Source: an uncultured Gammaproteobacteria bacterium
GTDB taxonomy: Bacteria; Patescibacteriota; Microgenomatia; JALYQM01
DNA: 64,000 nt
Direction: 5' to 3'
NCBI GenBank assembly: GCA_964403585.1
Contig: CAYOFQ010000001.1
Coordinates: 1,216,826 to 1,280,825, forward strand
The notes below the pieces were generated by a model. The model saw nothing but the letters and a program-made list of their open reading frames with translations, made no database searches and had not been told where the DNA came from. Below, piece after piece: positions 61,061-64,000 of the stretch. Positions within the stretch are counted from its first letter, which is position 1. Each line of letters opens with the position of its first letter. A program made the position numbers and the translations under genes.

Positions 61061-61606
61061 TTATCTGAAGATATCGATAATCCGGACGACAATATACGCA
61101 ATAAGTGCATATATTCCCATTGCGACAAGTGTTGTAAACTCCAGGTCGTACTGCGAAACTCGAATTGAATTCTGCAATGACGAACCAAACAACCCTTCAA
61201 ACGGAATCGTAAATACTTTCGTCATGTTATAGAGAAACTGAATAAATATATTATCAGGATCGGCACCAAGCAATTTAAATAAGAATCTTAAGGCTAATAT
61301 TGACTCTAAAATTACCAGCAACAAATAAACAAGTTCAATCATCTTTGTCGCTACACTCTTCCGATCCGGTATTTTATCTGAAACACCCGGCTTGGAAGCC
61401 ACAGAGTGTACCGGCGCTATCGGCGGATTCTGGTACCCTGGCTGAGGGGCAACATAACCGGGATGAACCGGAGGTTGCTGCGGCACTTGTTGAGGTACCG
61501 GTTGCGGCGGGTAATATTGTTGAGGCTGTTGTGGAGGAATATAGCCGGTTGGTGCAGGAACACCACCACCATTACCACCACTTGAATTTTGATCATTATA
61601 AAGCAT
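61061..61606 (-). CDS. YggT-family membrane protein with Pro/Gln-rich N-terminal region
   Basis: YggT core LRFLFKLLGADP...TIPFEGLFG...LVAMGIYALIAYIV. Confidence 0.7.
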   Translation of the reverse strand: MLYNDQNSSGGNGGGVPAPTGYIPPQQPQQYYPPQPVPQQVPQQPPVHPGYVAPQPGYQNPPIAPVHSVASKPGVSDKIPDRKSVATKMIELVYLLLVILESILALRFLFKLLGADPDNIFIQFLYNMTKVFTIPFEGLFGSSLQNSIRVSQYDLEFTTLVAMGIYALIAYIVVRIIDIFR

Positions 61607-61706
61607 AAGTACACTGATTATAAAAGTAACGGATTCGCCACGTCAATAGCGCGATCTTTCTTCTCTTGCATAATCCGGGCAAAAAAAATAGAATAGCATC
61701 AGATCT

Positions 61707-62606
61707 ATGAATAAGAAATTGCTACTTGTCACCGGAATTGCGATTGTTTTAGCAGGATGCACCTCAAATAATGCCTCTGCCGGATTGGAAATTAAGTCAT
61801 CTCCCGGCGCACGTGTCTTCGTAAATGACCAGTCAGTTGGGAACACACCCTATCAGAATACTAAAATGAAGGCCGGAGAGTACAGCATTAAACTTGAATC
61901 GGACGCCGGCACATGGAGTTCAGGTAAAATCAGAATCAATGAAAACACCGTCTACCATGTCAATCGTGAACTCGCTGCTAATCCGGAAGAACAGGCTGGC
62001 GAAAGCGTGAGTCTCGAAAAAGGTAAAGGTATAACGATAGTAACCACTCCGCTTCAGGTGGAAATCAGTATGGATGGCCAAAAACAGGGAAATTCTCCAT
62101 ACCTCATTCCGACAGTGAGTACCGGTATCCATGAAATCGAACTAAGCAAAGAAGGCTATCAATCCAGAAAAATAAAAGTTAAAGCTTTTGACGGCTATAA
62201 AATAGTTGTTGAAGCACAATTAAAGAGTGAGAACATTGCCTCACCCGAGCCGTCACCCACCGCCTCCGCTTCCGCATCACCATCAGTCAGTGGCAAAGCA
62301 ACGGCAACACCTAAAGCTACCCCAACACCAAAAGCTACCGCTACCCCCAAGGCTTCTGCCAGCGCCTCACCTACCGCTTCGGGAAGCGCTACTCTAGGTG
62401 AAAAAACAGTCACCGTACTTTCTACACCTACCGGTTGGTTGCGTGTGCGGGACAAAGCCGGCTCAGATGGTCAGGAAATTGCCAAAGTTAACACCGGTGA
62501 AAAATACGAATATATTGAGCAGTTGGATTCAGGTTGGACGCAGATAGTACTTAGCGATGGCACCAAAGGCTATGTCGCCAGCCGATACGTCAGGGTTAAC
62601 AAATAG
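61707..62606 (+). CDS. lipoprotein with PEGA domain(s), Pro/Thr/Lys linker and C-terminal SH3b domain
   Basis: Lipobox LAGCTSN; PEGA-like SSPGARVFVNDQSVGNTPY; SH3b-like GWLRVRDKAGSDGQEIAKVNTGEKYEYIEQLDSGWTQIVLSDGTKGYVASRYV. Confidence 0.6.
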   Translation: MNKKLLLVTGIAIVLAGCTSNNASAGLEIKSSPGARVFVNDQSVGNTPYQNTKMKAGEYSIKLESDAGTWSSGKIRINENTVYHVNRELAANPEEQAGESVSLEKGKGITIVTTPLQVEISMDGQKQGNSPYLIPTVSTGIHEIELSKEGYQSRKIKVKAFDGYKIVVEAQLKSENIASPEPSPTASASASPSVSGKATATPKATPTPKATATPKASASASPTASGSATLGEKTVTVLSTPTGWLRVRDKAGSDGQEIAKVNTGEKYEYIEQLDSGWTQIVLSDGTKGYVASRYVRVNK

Positions 62607-62644
62607 ACAAAAGACACCCGATCATAGATAATAAGAAGTGTCTT

Positions 62645-63055
62645 ATGGCCGACAAAAAAATCAATTATTTTATTCAACATTATCAGCCTATTACTGCGAA
62701 TCCGCATACAACTCAACCACCGATTAAAGGTGCCGGACTGGAAAATGAAGCGTTCAGTAGCGCTCCTTCCGAATATGCACCAATAGAAGAATATGTCGAA
62801 CCTGAACTAAACATTGAAATGCAGCAGCACATGCAGGCAACCAATGTTAAGTTCACTCCTCCTCCCCAGATACCGGTCACTCCGGTTGCCCCGCCGCAAA
62901 TGAATATTCCGGCAGTTAAAACACCACAACTACCACTCCAGGAGCTTGAAATAGAAAAAGAAATGAAAACAGATGTGTATACGGCAATTCGCTGGCTGGC
63001 CGAATGGTGCTTACGACAGCTCAAGGAAGTCCAGCTGAAAGAGAAAGAAGTGTAA
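62645..63055 (+). CDS. hypothetical Pro-rich protein, 136 aa
   Basis: ORF only. Confidence 0.35.
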   Translation: MADKKINYFIQHYQPITANPHTTQPPIKGAGLENEAFSSAPSEYAPIEEYVEPELNIEMQQHMQATNVKFTPPPQIPVTPVAPPQMNIPAVKTPQLPLQELEIEKEMKTDVYTAIRWLAEWCLRQLKEVQLKEKEV

Positions 63056-63108
63056 ATTGAGTTGAATAAGGTATATTTTTTTATTCCCCAGTTTGCTAAA
63101 GTAATAGT

Positions 63109-64000
63109 ATGTTCCTAACCGGAGATATCTTCCAAGCCTTGCCATTTTTAGGACTAATGCTCCTGACTATCGTCCTCACCCTCCTCATTGTTGGCGGAAT
63201 GCTCCTTATCGTCGGCATACTCGTTATCCGCTTCTCCGTATACAAAGAACGCGAGCAGGAATCCTTAAAGTCTAAGCTCTTACAAATAACCATACCCAGA
63301 GATAACGAAGTTAAGATTGATGCTGCTGAACAAATGTTCTCCGCCTTCACCGGCATATATAAGTCGGCATTAATCCCGATGCTAAAACACCAGCCATCAA
63401 TTAGTTTTGAAATAGTCGGACAGCCGGAGTCAATCAAATTTTATATTAACGCTCCTGAAGATCTGCAGGATCTCATTGAAAAACAAATTCATGCCGCCTA
63501 TTCCGGAGCAGAAATTAAAATAGTTGATGAATACAACATCTTTACAACTACAGGCAAGGTCCAATTTGCCTCATTACGCCTGAAATCGGCTAATTATCAA
63601 CCTATTAAAACATACAAGGAGCTGGCAACTGACCCGCTTTCAGCACTTACCTCGGCGTTAGCCAAAATGCGCGAAGGTGAAGGCGCAGTTATTCAGATGA
63701 TCATTGCGCCGGCCGGCGGGAAATGGTCGAAACGCGGGTACAGTTTCATTAAAGCCCAACGTTCACAGGAAACTTCCGGCGAAAAACCCAAACCAGCCGA
63801 TGCCAAACAGCTCGAAGCAATCGAACAGAAAACAGCCAAGCCGGGGTATGAAACAGCAATCCGCATTGTGGTTTGTGCTCAAACCAAGGACATGGCCAAA
63901 ACACATCTCAACAATATTCGGGCCAGCTTTGAGCAGTTCAACGGTCCGTACAACGGATTTAAAACAAAAAAAATCTGGTCGAAAAAAGTATTTCTTACTA
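63109..64000 (+). CDS. membrane-anchored paralog of the 28079..30292 TraD/VirD4-like protein (N-terminal domain only; continues beyond window end)
   Basis: My translation from the ATG at 63109 starts MFLTGDIFQALPFLGLMLLTIVLTLLIVGGMLLIVGILVI (TM) and has no stop to 64000. Segments align to the 28079 protein, e.g. PLSALTSALAKMREGEGAVIQMIIAPAGGKWSKRG vs PLSSILGVMSKTKPNEGMLIQMTLTAAPPTWQRMG. Confidence 0.6.
   Translation, partial: MFLTGDIFQALPFLGLMLLTIVLTLLIVGGMLLIVGILVIRFSVYKEREQESLKSKLLQITIPRDNEVKIDAAEQMFSAFTGIYKSALIPMLKHQPSISFEIVGQPESIKFYINAPEDLQDLIEKQIHAAYSGAEIKIVDEYNIFTTTGKVQFASLRLKSANYQPIKTYKELATDPLSALTSALAKMREGEGAVIQMIIAPAGGKWSKRGYSFIKAQRSQETSGEKPKPADAKQLEAIEQKTAKPGYETAIRIVVCAQTKDMAKTHLNNIRASFEQFNGPYNGFKTKKIWSKKVFLT

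Noticed and set aside
63096-63437. 113-aa minus-strand ORF
   Set aside because: Antisense to a longer plus-strand ORF (63109..end) whose translation is clearly paralogous to the 28079 protein.

Overview
This 64 kb window looks like a small-genome bacterium of the Candidate Phyla Radiation (Patescibacteria) type, standard genetic code. The call rests on a complete S10-spc-(alpha) ribosomal-protein operon on the minus strand (rpsJ through rplO, secY, adk, map) that lacks rpmD (L30) and carries a Zn-ribbon S14, an str operon (rpsL, rpsG, fusA, tuf), and an unlinked 16S rRNA gene (about 38166..39640, minus) that has an RNase III-type processing stem but no tRNA or 23S gene downstream. Between and after these core loci sit accessory blocks: (a) a block between the aminotransferase and tuf encoding a kinase-like/nucleotidyltransferase fusion, a TagA/WecG-type glycosyltransferase, a dTMP-kinase-like P-loop protein, an unknown 376-aa protein and a SAM methyltransferase; (b) stress and repair genes (glsB-like, msrA, nfo, hpf, tatD); (c) a glycan-assembly locus with a GT-A-fold protein, a GT4, a minimal NTase, a GT9 heptosyltransferase-like protein and a Kdo/RIO-type small kinase, resembling an LPS inner-core toolkit; (d) two paralogous TraD/VirD4-like P-loop ATPases that share a novel N-terminal domain, the second truncated by the window end; (e) a large secreted metzincin-like protease; (f) the most unusual module, a ferric-reductase/NOX-family flavocytochrome flanked on both sides by secreted cytochrome-b5-like proteins, with Lgt and a cupredoxin lipoprotein nearby. 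No CRISPR array, tRNA or recognisable IS element was found. All calls are from reading the sequence and ORF translations; no database searches were run.
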